From the NCBI GenBank assembly GCA_963833985.1, contig CAWIAD010000001.1:3168001-3232000 (forward strand): 64,000 nt of DNA. Direction: 5' to 3'. Under the pieces are notes generated by a model. It was not told where the DNA came from. It did not search any database and worked only from the letters and a program-made list of their open reading frames with translations. This stretch comes from an uncultured Planctomycetaceae bacterium. Lineage in GTDB: Bacteria; Planctomycetota; Planctomycetia; Isosphaerales; Isosphaeraceae. The position numbers and the translations under genes are program-made. Positions 42,010-51,704 of this stretch are shown here, piece after piece. The number at the start of each line of letters is the position of its first letter. Within the stretch, counting starts at the first letter, position 1.

Positions 42010-42117
42010 CAGGAGAGCCTCCTCAGTCGTGAACACAGAGCGTCTGTTCCGGGATGTAGTGAGCGAATCGCAGCCGGGCCGGTGGACCGGTGCGGGTGGG
42101 AATCGTCGTCCCGATTT

Positions 42118-42134
42118 CGCAAGTTGTGTGCCGG
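42118..42134 (-). promoter_or_regulatory. Sigma-54 (-24/-12) promoter candidate
   Basis: Minus strand CCGGCACACAACTTGCG has GG-N10-GC with GGCAC and TTGC, about 110 bp upstream of ATG 42009. Confidence 0.65.
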
Positions 42135-42588
42135 GATGACAAAGGGGAACATCTGGGCAAGAGATGAGCACCCGAACTCGCTCTATCCGCCTGCCCGCTC
42201 CGGAGAACCCACTTATTCTGACGAAGTTTTATGGTCAAGCAACCGAGCGCGGGCAAGCCTTCAAGCATGAAAGCCGCAGTATTGAACAATTCTTAAGGCA
42301 ATCAGATGCGCAGGTGAGGGGATAACATGCCCGCGGCGCGGTCAGGTCTCATCACCCGAGTGGTGCATTTCGCTCGCGGGAGAAGAGCGGTTACGCTTCG
42401 AAATACGAGGTGGATCGCTCACCTTAGCACGGCTTTGACCCAGAGGAATGAAAAATGCGCAAAGGGCCAGCTCGTGGCGCACGGTTTTCTTCCCGGCGGG
42501 AATTGCGCCGAGCCGGGGTTGTGTTTGTGAAGCCGTTATACCGACTTGAAGGCCAGGATGTGGAGGGCACGCGTCATCGCGAGACGCT

Positions 42589-43419
42589 TTATTGCCTGTA
42601 ACCGAATCGTTGCATGAACTCAACGATCGCGTTGTCTTCGTAAATATGCATTGCCTGATCATACGAAAGTTTTTTTCGCCACTGTGACACGCGTGAGGGG
42701 TCGAACTCACGAACGCCGCCGTTTTCCAGGTCAATCGTGGTTGACCACAGGAAGCGGCTGGCGAAGGCTCGTGGGAACGGCTCGAAGAATCGCGCGGAGT
42801 ATGCCAGTCCAAGGTGTGAATAAACCTGGCGCATGATGGTCTCGGGGCTTGCGACCAGATCCTCATAGCGAACGACCCGGAAATTGGACTGCTCGAGGTA
42901 CGGTTTCCAGGCCAGGTAGTTCAGCATCAAGCGGGTCCAGCGGTCGCGCCGATCCTCGACGGGTTCCTCCTTCTGTGCTTCAATGCTTGCAAGGATGGCC
43001 CGCGGATCACGTACGGTGTAGATCAATGGATAATTGGCTGCCAGGTGGCTCACCAGCTCTGGGCTTTCGAAGAAGTCCGGGCTCTTGTCTCCGAGGCAGG
43101 CAATTTCCGACTTTCCGTACAGCTCCATGAGCCTTGGAGTGAGCTCTCGATACCAGGCCAGTAGACAATCGATATCTTCGGGTCGCTTACGGTCCAGGTA
43201 GGCGATTACTTCTTGAGTGGTGAGGCCGTGTGCGATCATGCGCGTACCATGGAGGTAGAGAAAGTAGTTCCGAAAGAGAGCTCGGTTGATCTCCGACTCG
43301 CACAGGCAGATCGCGGCCGGGTGATCATCAATGCATCGCGCCATCAGTGATGAGCCTGTGCGCAGCGGGCCTACAATAAAGAAGAGCCGAGGTTGATTCT
43401 CTTCCAGTGGCGATGACAT
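42589..43419 (-). CDS. PAPS-dependent sulfotransferase
   Basis: FFIVGPLRTGSSLM (5'-PSB loop), GDKSP, VRDPRAILAS (3'-PB) and VRYEDLV motifs. Confidence 0.9.
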   Translation of the reverse strand: MSSPLEENQPRLFFIVGPLRTGSSLMARCIDDHPAAICLCESEINRALFRNYFLYLHGTRMIAHGLTTQEVIAYLDRKRPEDIDCLLAWYRELTPRLMELYGKSEIACLGDKSPDFFESPELVSHLAANYPLIYTVRDPRAILASIEAQKEEPVEDRRDRWTRLMLNYLAWKPYLEQSNFRVVRYEDLVASPETIMRQVYSHLGLAYSARFFEPFPRAFASRFLWSTTIDLENGGVREFDPSRVSQWRKKLSYDQAMHIYEDNAIVEFMQRFGYRQ

Positions 43420-43822
43420 GAGTCGAAGCTCTCAGCCTGGGGGGGAATGCGAAGCGACATCCGATGGAGCGAACTTTGCTTCTATCACGAGTCTGGCATC
43501 GACGACCACTGCTTTATCGATTATAGCAGACCCGGCGGCGGGTGGCGGCAACCCAAAGATTGCAAATCGACGCAAAACCGGTAGACCGGCCGCGGAACAT
43601 GAAAATGCCCTAGCCAGGAACCGGCTTGATGATATCTTCTTGCCGGGAACAACTCTCACTTCGGGTTGGCACGCAAGCATTCGCACGTTCGGGCCCGAGG
43701 GGCCGTGTGAACGTGTCGAGCACGTCATGTCCGGGTCAGACCCGAAATGCGCGGTGACCCGCTCGGGCTCAGTAAGAGTCGACGAGCTGCGCAAGGCAAG
43801 GAGGAGGCGCGCCTTGAAAGGG

Positions 43823-44818
43823 ATGTGGAAAAGGGAGACGCGGCGAGACAATCGCCCGGCCATCGAAACCCTCGAAGGTCGGATCGTCCTGTCCACGCTC
43901 TATGCCAGCACCGCGACCCAGTTGCAAGCCGACATCGCAGCCGTGAACAACACCTCGGGGCCAAGCACCATCATCCTCAAGCCAGGAACCTACGTGCTCA
44001 GCCAGGGGTTGAAAATCGCGAACGCCGGCAACCTCACGATCCGGCCAAATTCGACGAAATCACCGACCAACCTGGTGGGCTCGGTCGTCGATCGGGTCAT
44101 GGAAATCCAGGGCGGCAGCGTCACGCTCTCAAATCTGTCCATCTCGGGCGGTGGAAACGTGGCCCTGGGCGGGGGCATCCTCGCACAAAACTCCAACCTC
44201 ACGCTCAAGACCACCAGAGTCAGTGCGAACATCAGCTCAGAGGCAGGAGCGGGCATCTTCACCGAGGGAGGGTCGCTCACGCTGCAAAACAGCTCCGTGA
44301 ACAATAACCGCAGCAGTAACAGTTCCCTTGCGTTCGGCGGGGGGATCGCTGCTCTGGGCACGAATATCACGCTCACCAACAGCACGGTCAGTGAGAATTC
44401 GATTTATGCCGTGGACCTCACCACGATGAACCCGGTGAACGCCGGCGGGGCCGGAATCTTCGCGCAGGGCGGAGCGTTGAGCATTGCCGGAAGCACGATC
44501 TCTGGCAACTCGGTGTACAGCGTGACCACGGGACGGAGCGCCTCGAGCCTGGGCGGAGCGGTGAGCACCAACCAGACTCCCGTGGTCGTCTCGAAGAGCA
44601 CGCTCCAATACAATTCGTTGAATACGGTCTCCTATGGCTCTGTCTCCACGCTGGGAAGCGTCTTTTACACCAATGGCGGAAGCCTGAAGATCGTCGACAG
44701 CACCATGGGCAAGAGCACACCCGGCGGCACAAGCTCGTTCGGCCACCCCGGCGCCACCGTGACCATCGTCAATCTCAACCTGGACGGCAAGACGATCTCG
44801 GGAGTTCTCAATCCCTGA
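43823..44818 (+). CDS. Exported right-handed beta-helix (pectin-lyase/Pmp-like) protein with planctomycete N-terminal motif
   Basis: RPAIETLEGRIVLS; repeated GGGI/GAGI...LTLxNSxVxxN. Alternative TTG start at 43814. Confidence 0.8.
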   Translation: MWKRETRRDNRPAIETLEGRIVLSTLYASTATQLQADIAAVNNTSGPSTIILKPGTYVLSQGLKIANAGNLTIRPNSTKSPTNLVGSVVDRVMEIQGGSVTLSNLSISGGGNVALGGGILAQNSNLTLKTTRVSANISSEAGAGIFTEGGSLTLQNSSVNNNRSSNSSLAFGGGIAALGTNITLTNSTVSENSIYAVDLTTMNPVNAGGAGIFAQGGALSIAGSTISGNSVYSVTTGRSASSLGGAVSTNQTPVVVSKSTLQYNSLNTVSYGSVSTLGSVFYTNGGSLKIVDSTMGKSTPGGTSSFGHPGATVTIVNLNLDGKTISGVLNP

Positions 44819-44930
44819 GCGCCCTTCGTATGGCCCTGCGCACCGGGCGTCGTGTAAGATCGGATCAGGTCTGACGGCTCTCTCCCGAGCCCGGCTCGCG
44901 TCGGCTCGTTTCCCCCGAAGGTCTGCCCCG

Positions 44931-46232
44931 ATGAACCTGCCCCCGCTTGCCCGCGTCCGCCAAACCGCTTCACAGCCTCGCGTCGAGGATGTCCCGGCGA
45001 CAATTCAGAGGCTGATCCGGGAGAGCCGGATCCGCGAACGCGTCCGTCCTGGGGGCACAGTTGCTGTCGGCATCGGTAGCCGTGGGATCACGGGAATTGC
45101 CAGCATGGCGCGCGCGTCGGTCGATGCTCTCAAGGAACTGGGGTTCAACCCGTTTATCGTGGCAGCCATGGGATCACACGGTGGTGCCACGGCCGATGGC
45201 CAGCGGGCGCTGCTGGCCAGCTACGACGTCACCGCCCAGTCCATGGGCGTCCCGGTCAAGACCGATATGGACGCACTGGTTCTGGGAAGCAATCCGGTCG
45301 GCCTGCCAATCTACTTCGACCGCAACGCTCACGCGGCTGACGGCATCGTGCTGATCAACCGTGTCAAGCCGCACACCGACTTTCACGCGACTCACGAATC
45401 GGGCGTGCTGAAGATGCTGGTGATCGGGCTGGGCAAGCGCGAGGGGGCCAGCCAGGTGCATAAGCTTGGCTTGCGGGGCATGCAGGAGGTCTTGCCGGCC
45501 GTGGGACGCTTCCTCGTCGAGCACACAAAGTTCGCGCTCGGTCTGGCCGTCCTGGAAAATGCCGACGACGCCACCGCCGAGATCGTGCCCATCGAGCCGG
45601 AGACGATCTTCGAGCTCGAACCCAGGCTGCTGGAGAGGGCGCGCGGGCTCATGGCCCGGCTTCCTTTCGACCAGATCGACGTGCTTATCGTGGGCGAGCT
45701 GGGCAAGAACTATTCGGGGGCCGGGATGGACCCCAACGTGATCGGCCGGCTGCTGGTCGAGACCCAGAACGATCACGAGCGCCCGGTCATCACGCGCCTG
45801 GCCGTGCTCGACGTTTCCGACGAGAGCCACGGCAATATCGTCGGGGTGGGCTTCGCAGACCTTACCACCGATCGGCTGGTCCAGCGGATGAACCCCGAAT
45901 CGTCGCGGATCAATATTCTGACATCCTGCTTCCTCGAGCGGGCGCGAATCCCGATCACCCTACCCAGCGACCGAGACGTCCTCGAGAAGGCCGTCGAGAC
46001 CTGCTGGCGCATCGATCCGGCCACCGCAAGGGTAGTCGTTATCCCCAACACCCTGGAGCTGAAAACCCTCTGGGTCTCACAGGCCCTGGACGACGAGGTT
46101 CGTGCGCATCCCTATCTGAAACGGGAGACCGATTACCTTCCGGTTCCGCTTTCGCCCGATGGCACACTGGACCAGGCGGGAATGTTCCCGCAGAGTATTC
46201 GCGGCCTCCGCAACAGGTCGCAGCGAGCCTGA
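44931..46232 (+). CDS. LarA-like (lactate racemase domain / nickel-pincer isomerase family) protein
   Basis: GSRGI, AMGSHGGAT, NRVKPHT, KMLVIGLGK and GKNYSGAGMDPNV motifs. Confidence 0.8.
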   Translation: MNLPPLARVRQTASQPRVEDVPATIQRLIRESRIRERVRPGGTVAVGIGSRGITGIASMARASVDALKELGFNPFIVAAMGSHGGATADGQRALLASYDVTAQSMGVPVKTDMDALVLGSNPVGLPIYFDRNAHAADGIVLINRVKPHTDFHATHESGVLKMLVIGLGKREGASQVHKLGLRGMQEVLPAVGRFLVEHTKFALGLAVLENADDATAEIVPIEPETIFELEPRLLERARGLMARLPFDQIDVLIVGELGKNYSGAGMDPNVIGRLLVETQNDHERPVITRLAVLDVSDESHGNIVGVGFADLTTDRLVQRMNPESSRINILTSCFLERARIPITLPSDRDVLEKAVETCWRIDPATARVVVIPNTLELKTLWVSQALDDEVRAHPYLKRETDYLPVPLSPDGTLDQAGMFPQSIRGLRNRSQRA

Positions 46233-46257
46233 ACCGGTGTGCCTGCCCGGCTCGGTT

Positions 46258-47529
46258 CTACTCCGGTTCTGGCCCGGCGCCGCGGAACACCCGGGGAACG
46301 GGCTTGCGGCCGAGTTCGGGCTTGCCTTCCTGACTCACCTCCGATTCCGAGGGTGGCACGAACTGTGGCGGATTGTGAATCACCCGCAGATTGGCGACCA
46401 GCCGATCACTCACCACTTTGCCATCCATCTGGTCCAGAACCCCCTGGAGCGCTGCCAGCGCGTACCCTTCCTCGTTGCGGTCGATCAGCACCTGAATACG
46501 TTCCTTCATGTACGAGATCATCCGCGCGTCGCAGGCGGCATACCCTGCAAGGACAAACAAGTTCTTGTGCGTCTTTCTCCATTCCTCGCGAGCATCGTAC
46601 GCACCCACGGTGCCCAGGTCGTGATCTCCTATCACCACGGTCACCTTTGGATGCGCATCGAGGTACTCGAGTACGGCCGTCTTCGCCGCCTTCTGATCGC
46701 CCTGGATGGAGATCAGCTCGTAAGCACGCCCAGCGGCCTTCAGGGCTGCGGTGATCGAGTTCAGCCGGTGTGCGCTGTAATGGTCCTTTTCGCGGTTCTC
46801 GATCACCAGCGCGGTCCCGTCGGCGGGAAGGTGCATCGTCCTGGCGTCCTCGTAAATGGTGGCGACGAGCTGCCTGGCAGCCTCGGCGAACCCCTGGAAG
46901 GCAATGAAGGGATACGGCTTGCTGCCTGGCGATGAGGCGGGCAGGGGAGTATCGAGCAGGACGATTTTCAAGCCTGCTGCTTCCGCCGCACTCAGTGCCT
47001 CCTTGACCTGGGGGTCGTCGATGGGCTCGACGATGAGGCCGCCCGTGGATCGGCCGGCGGCGGCCTGGATCCTGGAGGCAAGCTGGAGGGGGCCCGCAGG
47101 ATCCGCTTCGCCGGGAATCGCGGAGCGGAAGGAGCCCTTGAGCATCCCGGCGCCGCGCCGCAGGTATTGCTCGAGATAGAGCCGGTCCTCGGTCGCCGGC
47201 CGAGCCAGGATCAACTCCACCAGCCGTGCCCGGACCACGGGAATCGTCGGGGAGTTCGCGGTTTCCAAAGCCGCCTTGCCGGCAGCGGCAGGCGGTGTAC
47301 TCGGCAAAGAACCCGGCTTCGCTGTCCGGGCCAGCGAGCTGGGGTCCGGGCCAAGCTCCGCGGGTCGGGATGGTACGAAGGCCGTCGAGTCGCAGGCCGG
47401 CAGCACGGCTGCCGCCATCATGCCGACCGCCAGACGCAGCAGAGGGCTCAAATCTCCAGAGGCTGGCCCTGGCCGTCCCCTACGCAGACAGGCAGCATCG
47501 CGGCGCGGCATTCTGAACGTCGCTACCAT
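46258..47529 (-). CDS. Periplasmic binding protein type 1 (sugar-binding-like), probable lipoprotein
   Basis: AVLPAC lipobox-like sequence; GLIVEP, GLKIVLLD and YLDAHPKV motifs. Start uncertain. Confidence 0.7.
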   Translation of the reverse strand: MVATFRMPRRDAACLRRGRPGPASGDLSPLLRLAVGMMAAAVLPACDSTAFVPSRPAELGPDPSSLARTAKPGSLPSTPPAAAGKAALETANSPTIPVVRARLVELILARPATEDRLYLEQYLRRGAGMLKGSFRSAIPGEADPAGPLQLASRIQAAAGRSTGGLIVEPIDDPQVKEALSAAEAAGLKIVLLDTPLPASSPGSKPYPFIAFQGFAEAARQLVATIYEDARTMHLPADGTALVIENREKDHYSAHRLNSITAALKAAGRAYELISIQGDQKAAKTAVLEYLDAHPKVTVVIGDHDLGTVGAYDAREEWRKTHKNLFVLAGYAACDARMISYMKERIQVLIDRNEEGYALAALQGVLDQMDGKVVSDRLVANLRVIHNPPQFVPPSESEVSQEGKPELGRKPVPRVFRGAGPEPE

Positions 47530-47647
47530 GAGAATGAAACTCCGAGCTCTCCAGGCTTCTTGCGAAACTCCGGCTCACGATCATACCATTTCAGGGGGCT
47601 TTCCCGGGACCGCGACGCCGCGGGATGGTCCACCGCGGAGGGCGACG

Positions 47648-48523
47648 ATGGCTGGCGGCCGATTCGAGATCCTGGCTCTGGACGTGGACGGGACACTGCT
47701 GGATCCCTCCGGTGCACTGCGTCCGCGCACGGCCCGCGCCGTTGCCCGGGCCGCCCAGGCGGGCATCCGGCCCGTACTCTGCACGGGCCGGCGCTATCGT
47801 CGTGCCCGTCCCATCGCCCAGCAACTGGCACTTGATGCTCCAATCGTCTGCAATTCGGGAGCGATCGTCAAGGACCCACGTGACGACCGTACACTCTGGC
47901 GTGCCGACTTCGATCTTGCCAGGGCCGTGGCGATCCTCAAGCTCTTCGACGCCGAGCACCGCCCGGCAGTTTGCTTCACTGACCGCAACCTGGACGACCT
48001 CGACTTCCTGGTCGCTCGATTCCCTGCCGGCTGCCCATTTTTTGATGACTATGTGCATCAGAACCGCATGCACGCGGATATTGACGACCAATGGCCCGCG
48101 CGTTACCTCGCGCCCGACGGGCTGCCCGCGCGTGACGCTCTGTTCCATCTCTGCGCCATCGGCACGCGCGAAGAAATGCTGGCGTTCGAGCAACAGGTAC
48201 GTGCCCGCCTTCCAGGCCGCGTCCAGACCTTCGTCCAGCGCAGTCCGCGCTACCTGGGCACGATGTGCGAGATCCTCCGCCATGACGCCAGCAAGTGGAC
48301 GGCAGTTCTTCAGGTGGCAAGCCTCTGGAACGTCGATCCCGCAAGGATCTGCGCCGTGGGCGACGATATGAATGACGTGCCGATGATCCGCGGCGCGGGG
48401 CTGGGCGTGGCGATGGGCCATGCTCCCCCGGCCGTGCTCGCGGCCGCTGACCTGGTCACCGGCGGACATGAAGACGACGGCGTGGCCAGTCTGGTCGAAG
48501 ACGTACTGCTGGCGGCAGGGTGA
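47648..48523 (+). CDS. HAD-superfamily (Cof-type) hydrolase
   Basis: LALDVDGTLL, LCTGR, SKW and AVGDDMNDVPM motifs. Confidence 0.92.
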   Translation: MAGGRFEILALDVDGTLLDPSGALRPRTARAVARAAQAGIRPVLCTGRRYRRARPIAQQLALDAPIVCNSGAIVKDPRDDRTLWRADFDLARAVAILKLFDAEHRPAVCFTDRNLDDLDFLVARFPAGCPFFDDYVHQNRMHADIDDQWPARYLAPDGLPARDALFHLCAIGTREEMLAFEQQVRARLPGRVQTFVQRSPRYLGTMCEILRHDASKWTAVLQVASLWNVDPARICAVGDDMNDVPMIRGAGLGVAMGHAPPAVLAAADLVTGGHEDDGVASLVEDVLLAAG

Positions 48524-48580
48524 GAGGAAGACCCGGCGTGACGGCTGCGCGGGGCCGTCTTATTCCTGGAGACCGGTACA

Positions 48581-49174
48581 GTGGATCCAGCGCGTGACGA
48601 GGCGAGCGGTTCGGAGCCGTCGTGGTTCCGTCCCGATGGTGGTGGGCACGATCGGACGATCGAAGAGAACTGGCTCTTTCGCCTCCGGAAGGAGCGGTTC
48701 GAGTCGCGGCGTTCGGGCAAGGTGCACGACTATTATGTGATCCACCTGGCCGACGCTGTTCACGTGGTGGCGTTGACGGTGGACGGCCAGGTACTGCTGG
48801 TCCGGCAGTTCCGGGCTGGCTCGGGCCGCGACAGCCTGGAGCTCCCGGGCGGGCTGGTTGATGCCGGCGAGGACCCGTGCGCCGCGGGTGCACGTGAGCT
48901 GCTGGAGGAGACCGGTTACGCGGGCGATCCACCGATTCTGCTGAGCACACTCTGGTCGAACCCGTCGCTGGTGAGCTCGCGAATCTCGACGGTCGTCATC
49001 GCCAACGCCCGCCTGATTGCCACCCCGAAACCCGACCCGCACGAGGAACTGGTGATCGAGCCGGTGCCCGTTGCGCAAGTTCGCGAACTGGTTTGCGCAG
49101 GCCGGATCGATCACGCGTTGGTGGTCGCCGGCCTGCTCTGGTGGATGGGATTGAAAGCGGGGTTTCTGTCGTAG
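48581..49174 (+). CDS. NUDIX hydrolase (ADP-ribose pyrophosphatase-like)
   Basis: Nudix box GGLVDAGEDPCAAGARELLEETGY. Confidence 0.92.
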   Translation: MDPARDEASGSEPSWFRPDGGGHDRTIEENWLFRLRKERFESRRSGKVHDYYVIHLADAVHVVALTVDGQVLLVRQFRAGSGRDSLELPGGLVDAGEDPCAAGARELLEETGYAGDPPILLSTLWSNPSLVSSRISTVVIANARLIATPKPDPHEELVIEPVPVAQVRELVCAGRIDHALVVAGLLWWMGLKAGFLS

Positions 49175-49204
49175 GAAGATCGTCAATCGCCCCGCCATGC
49201 GACC

Positions 49205-50305
49205 TCAGCGGGACGGTCTGGCGTCATCCGAGGGGTTGCTGCGCGACAGTCTGGGCGGCTCGCCGCTGGCCGATCGCGTGAGTGCCATGACGGCCATGCA
49301 AGTCCCCGCGTCGGCGATGTAGTGCTCCTCGTCATCGTTCAGCGACCTGGTGTACCAGCGGCCGGATGTCTGCTGATGGGCTTTGAGCCAGTTGATTCCA
49401 CGCTCCACCGTGGGGTCTGTCGCGGGCACTCCGGCCTCCTGAAGCACGAGGGCGATCAGTCCCGTGGCGTAGCCGTCGCTGGGTGCGGTGGGATCGTTGG
49501 ATGTGCCGTCGCGCCGTTTCCACTGGCCCAGCGAGGGGAGGCACCAGCCGCCGTCGGCATGCTGAAGCGGGCGCAGCAAGCGCACGGTGGCCGTCTTCTG
49601 CTCCGGCTTCATCAGGCCGTCGAGCCGAGTCGCGGCCCAGAGCAGCATGGTCTGGTGGTGCAGGTCAGGCGGAGGCGTGTTGCGAAAGTAGTCGCGCAGC
49701 CGTTCCAGACCGGACCGGGCCGGCTCGCTCCTGGCATAATCATCGGGGGCGCGACCGGCGCCAAGGGCCGCGACGAGGGCCCCGTAATAGTCGTCGTATT
49801 CCAGGGGCGGCCAGCCGCACTTGAGCCACTCGAAGCCGCCATTGGGCTTCTGGAGCGTCCAGACCCGGTCGAGCGCCTCTCGGGAGCGCGGGTGCAGCTT
49901 GCCGGTGGTGGCGGCGTCGTTCCAGGCCAGGGCCGCGGCCGTTGAGATCACCTCGGCATCCCAGCGCGGTTTGGCCTGCTTCGATGGGTCGTTCCAGTGC
50001 GCGACGCGGTTCTCGAAGAAGCCGCGAACCTCGGCGGCCACTGGCGAGGCGAACTCACGCAGCGACGGGCGAGCCATGAGGTAAGGGTAGTTGGTGTGGC
50101 AGGACCCGCACTTGTGCAGCCGCGTCCAGCTCAAGGACGCCCTGTCCAGGGCCGATGCGGCGTGCTCGAGCGAGAAGGGGGCGATCAGCTCGTCGGCGGA
50201 AGGGCGCACGCGCGTCTCGCCCGGGGGCGTCGCGGGTGGGCCTCCCGTGTCCGGGGGTGACCCCTGGACCGCCACCAGGAGTGCACTGAGCAGCAGAAGT
50301 GTCAT
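49205..50305 (-). CDS. Secreted prenyltransferase/squalene-hopene-cyclase-repeat protein
   Basis: Signal peptide, CGSCH, and QW repeats LQKPNGGF, LQHADGGW and HQQTSGRW. Confidence 0.8.
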   Translation of the reverse strand: MTLLLLSALLVAVQGSPPDTGGPPATPPGETRVRPSADELIAPFSLEHAASALDRASLSWTRLHKCGSCHTNYPYLMARPSLREFASPVAAEVRGFFENRVAHWNDPSKQAKPRWDAEVISTAAALAWNDAATTGKLHPRSREALDRVWTLQKPNGGFEWLKCGWPPLEYDDYYGALVAALGAGRAPDDYARSEPARSGLERLRDYFRNTPPPDLHHQTMLLWAATRLDGLMKPEQKTATVRLLRPLQHADGGWCLPSLGQWKRRDGTSNDPTAPSDGYATGLIALVLQEAGVPATDPTVERGINWLKAHQQTSGRWYTRSLNDDEEHYIADAGTCMAVMALTRSASGEPPRLSRSNPSDDARPSR

Positions 50306-50373
50306 GTTCGAGCTCCGGTTCCAGAGCGTCCGGGATTCAGAAGTGAGGGCGACCCGAGTTCACGTCCGGGCCA

Positions 50374-51450
50374 TCATGGCTTCTCGGCCGCCGGCCTGGG
50401 TCGATTGGCCGGCGGCCCGTCCACAGCGTCCTTGTCGTCATCGAGTACGCCGGCCACCTCTCCGCGATCGTTGATCGCGGTCGCCGAGGTGAAGTAGGGT
50501 CCGCCCTCGCTGAGCAGGCGCAGCCGGCCCGCCTCGTAGACGAACGCGTCCGGGCCGATCTTCGAGCCGGCGGGGCCGTCGATCATGCCCACGACCACGC
50601 CGGCATTGTTCACCGCGTTGGCTTCCCCGTTCACATAGCCCTGCGGCAGGTCGAGCGTTTTCAACCCCTGTCCGTGCGACCAGAGCACGGCATGCACCCG
50701 TCCGTCGGGTGTGTAGCAGACACCTGCCACAGTTCCCGCGTTGTTCACGGAGCGCGGTGCCAGCGACCCGGGATCGCCGAGCAGCTCCTCGGTCCACTGG
50801 CCGGCGTCGTTCCGGGTCCAGAGGCACCCCTTTTCGCCGTCGATCGAGGCGATCCGCTTACCGTCGTCACTCATCACAACCCGGTTCGAGCTCAGGCGGG
50901 ACTTTTGAGGAAGTGGACTACCCTTCCAGGCGCCATCCTTTTTTTCCCAAACGCACGCGCGAACGCGGTTGGTCCCCACGGAAAAACCGCAGATCCGCGA
51001 CGAGTCCGCGGAGATATCACAGGCATAGGAGACAAAATCGTCGGCGAGCACGCCCAGCAACTGCACTCCGGTTCGTGCGTTCCAGACGAATGCCTGGTTG
51101 CGCAGCGGAACGACGCGGTCCATCAGACCCGGCTTGCCGACATGCCCGACCACCGTGCCGTCCTCGCTCACGGCCGCCGGAAAAATGGCCGTGTAACCCG
51201 CGGGCACAGGCAGGTAGGTCACCTTCTTCCCGCTGGCGAAAAACGGAACCTGCTCGATGATCGCCGGTTCTTTCTTGTTCGGGACCCATTCAAAACCCAC
51301 GACGTCGCCGCGCCCGCTGATGCCGGTGGCGACCGTTCCGAGTTCCCTGGGTGAGACGATCTGGTACTTCCTGCCCGGTTCTTCGCCGCGGCCCGGCCCT
51401 GACCAGAGCATGGCGACAAGCCCGACAGCGATCAGCCGGGAAGAGCGCAT
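50374..51450 (-). CDS. Secreted HAF-repeat (beta-propeller-like) protein
   Basis: Repeats ANAVNNAGVVVG, ATAINDRGEVAG and HAVLW/QAFVW/DAFVY. Confidence 0.8.
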   Translation of the reverse strand: MRSSRLIAVGLVAMLWSGPGRGEEPGRKYQIVSPRELGTVATGISGRGDVVGFEWVPNKKEPAIIEQVPFFASGKKVTYLPVPAGYTAIFPAAVSEDGTVVGHVGKPGLMDRVVPLRNQAFVWNARTGVQLLGVLADDFVSYACDISADSSRICGFSVGTNRVRACVWEKKDGAWKGSPLPQKSRLSSNRVVMSDDGKRIASIDGEKGCLWTRNDAGQWTEELLGDPGSLAPRSVNNAGTVAGVCYTPDGRVHAVLWSHGQGLKTLDLPQGYVNGEANAVNNAGVVVGMIDGPAGSKIGPDAFVYEAGRLRLLSEGGPYFTSATAINDRGEVAGVLDDDKDAVDGPPANRPRPAAEKP

Positions 51451-51704
51451 GAGACAAACCCCGTTCACAAGGGCAAAGCGGGCCACTGCGAACCTGAAAC
51501 TCCATGATGATCATCGCAGGTGCCGGCAGGGCTTTGAAGAGGCCATCGGCCAACACGAACCGGTTTCCCGGAGCAAGGCCCAGCCCACCCGCCGGCAGCG
51601 GAGGGTCCAGAACGGTTGCTTTTCTTCCGGTGCTATGTTCCGATGGGACGCTCGATGATTGAACCGTTCTTCATCAAACACGGAAATGGCTCGAGGGACG
51701 ATCC

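Noticed and set aside
43666..43686. Sigma-54 promoter TTGGCACG upstream of the beta-helix gene
   Set aside because: Good -24 element, but no GC at the required GG-N10-GC position.
49205..50305. Gene symbol shc
   Set aside because: Too short, exported and lacking DXDD, so not a canonical squalene-hopene cyclase.
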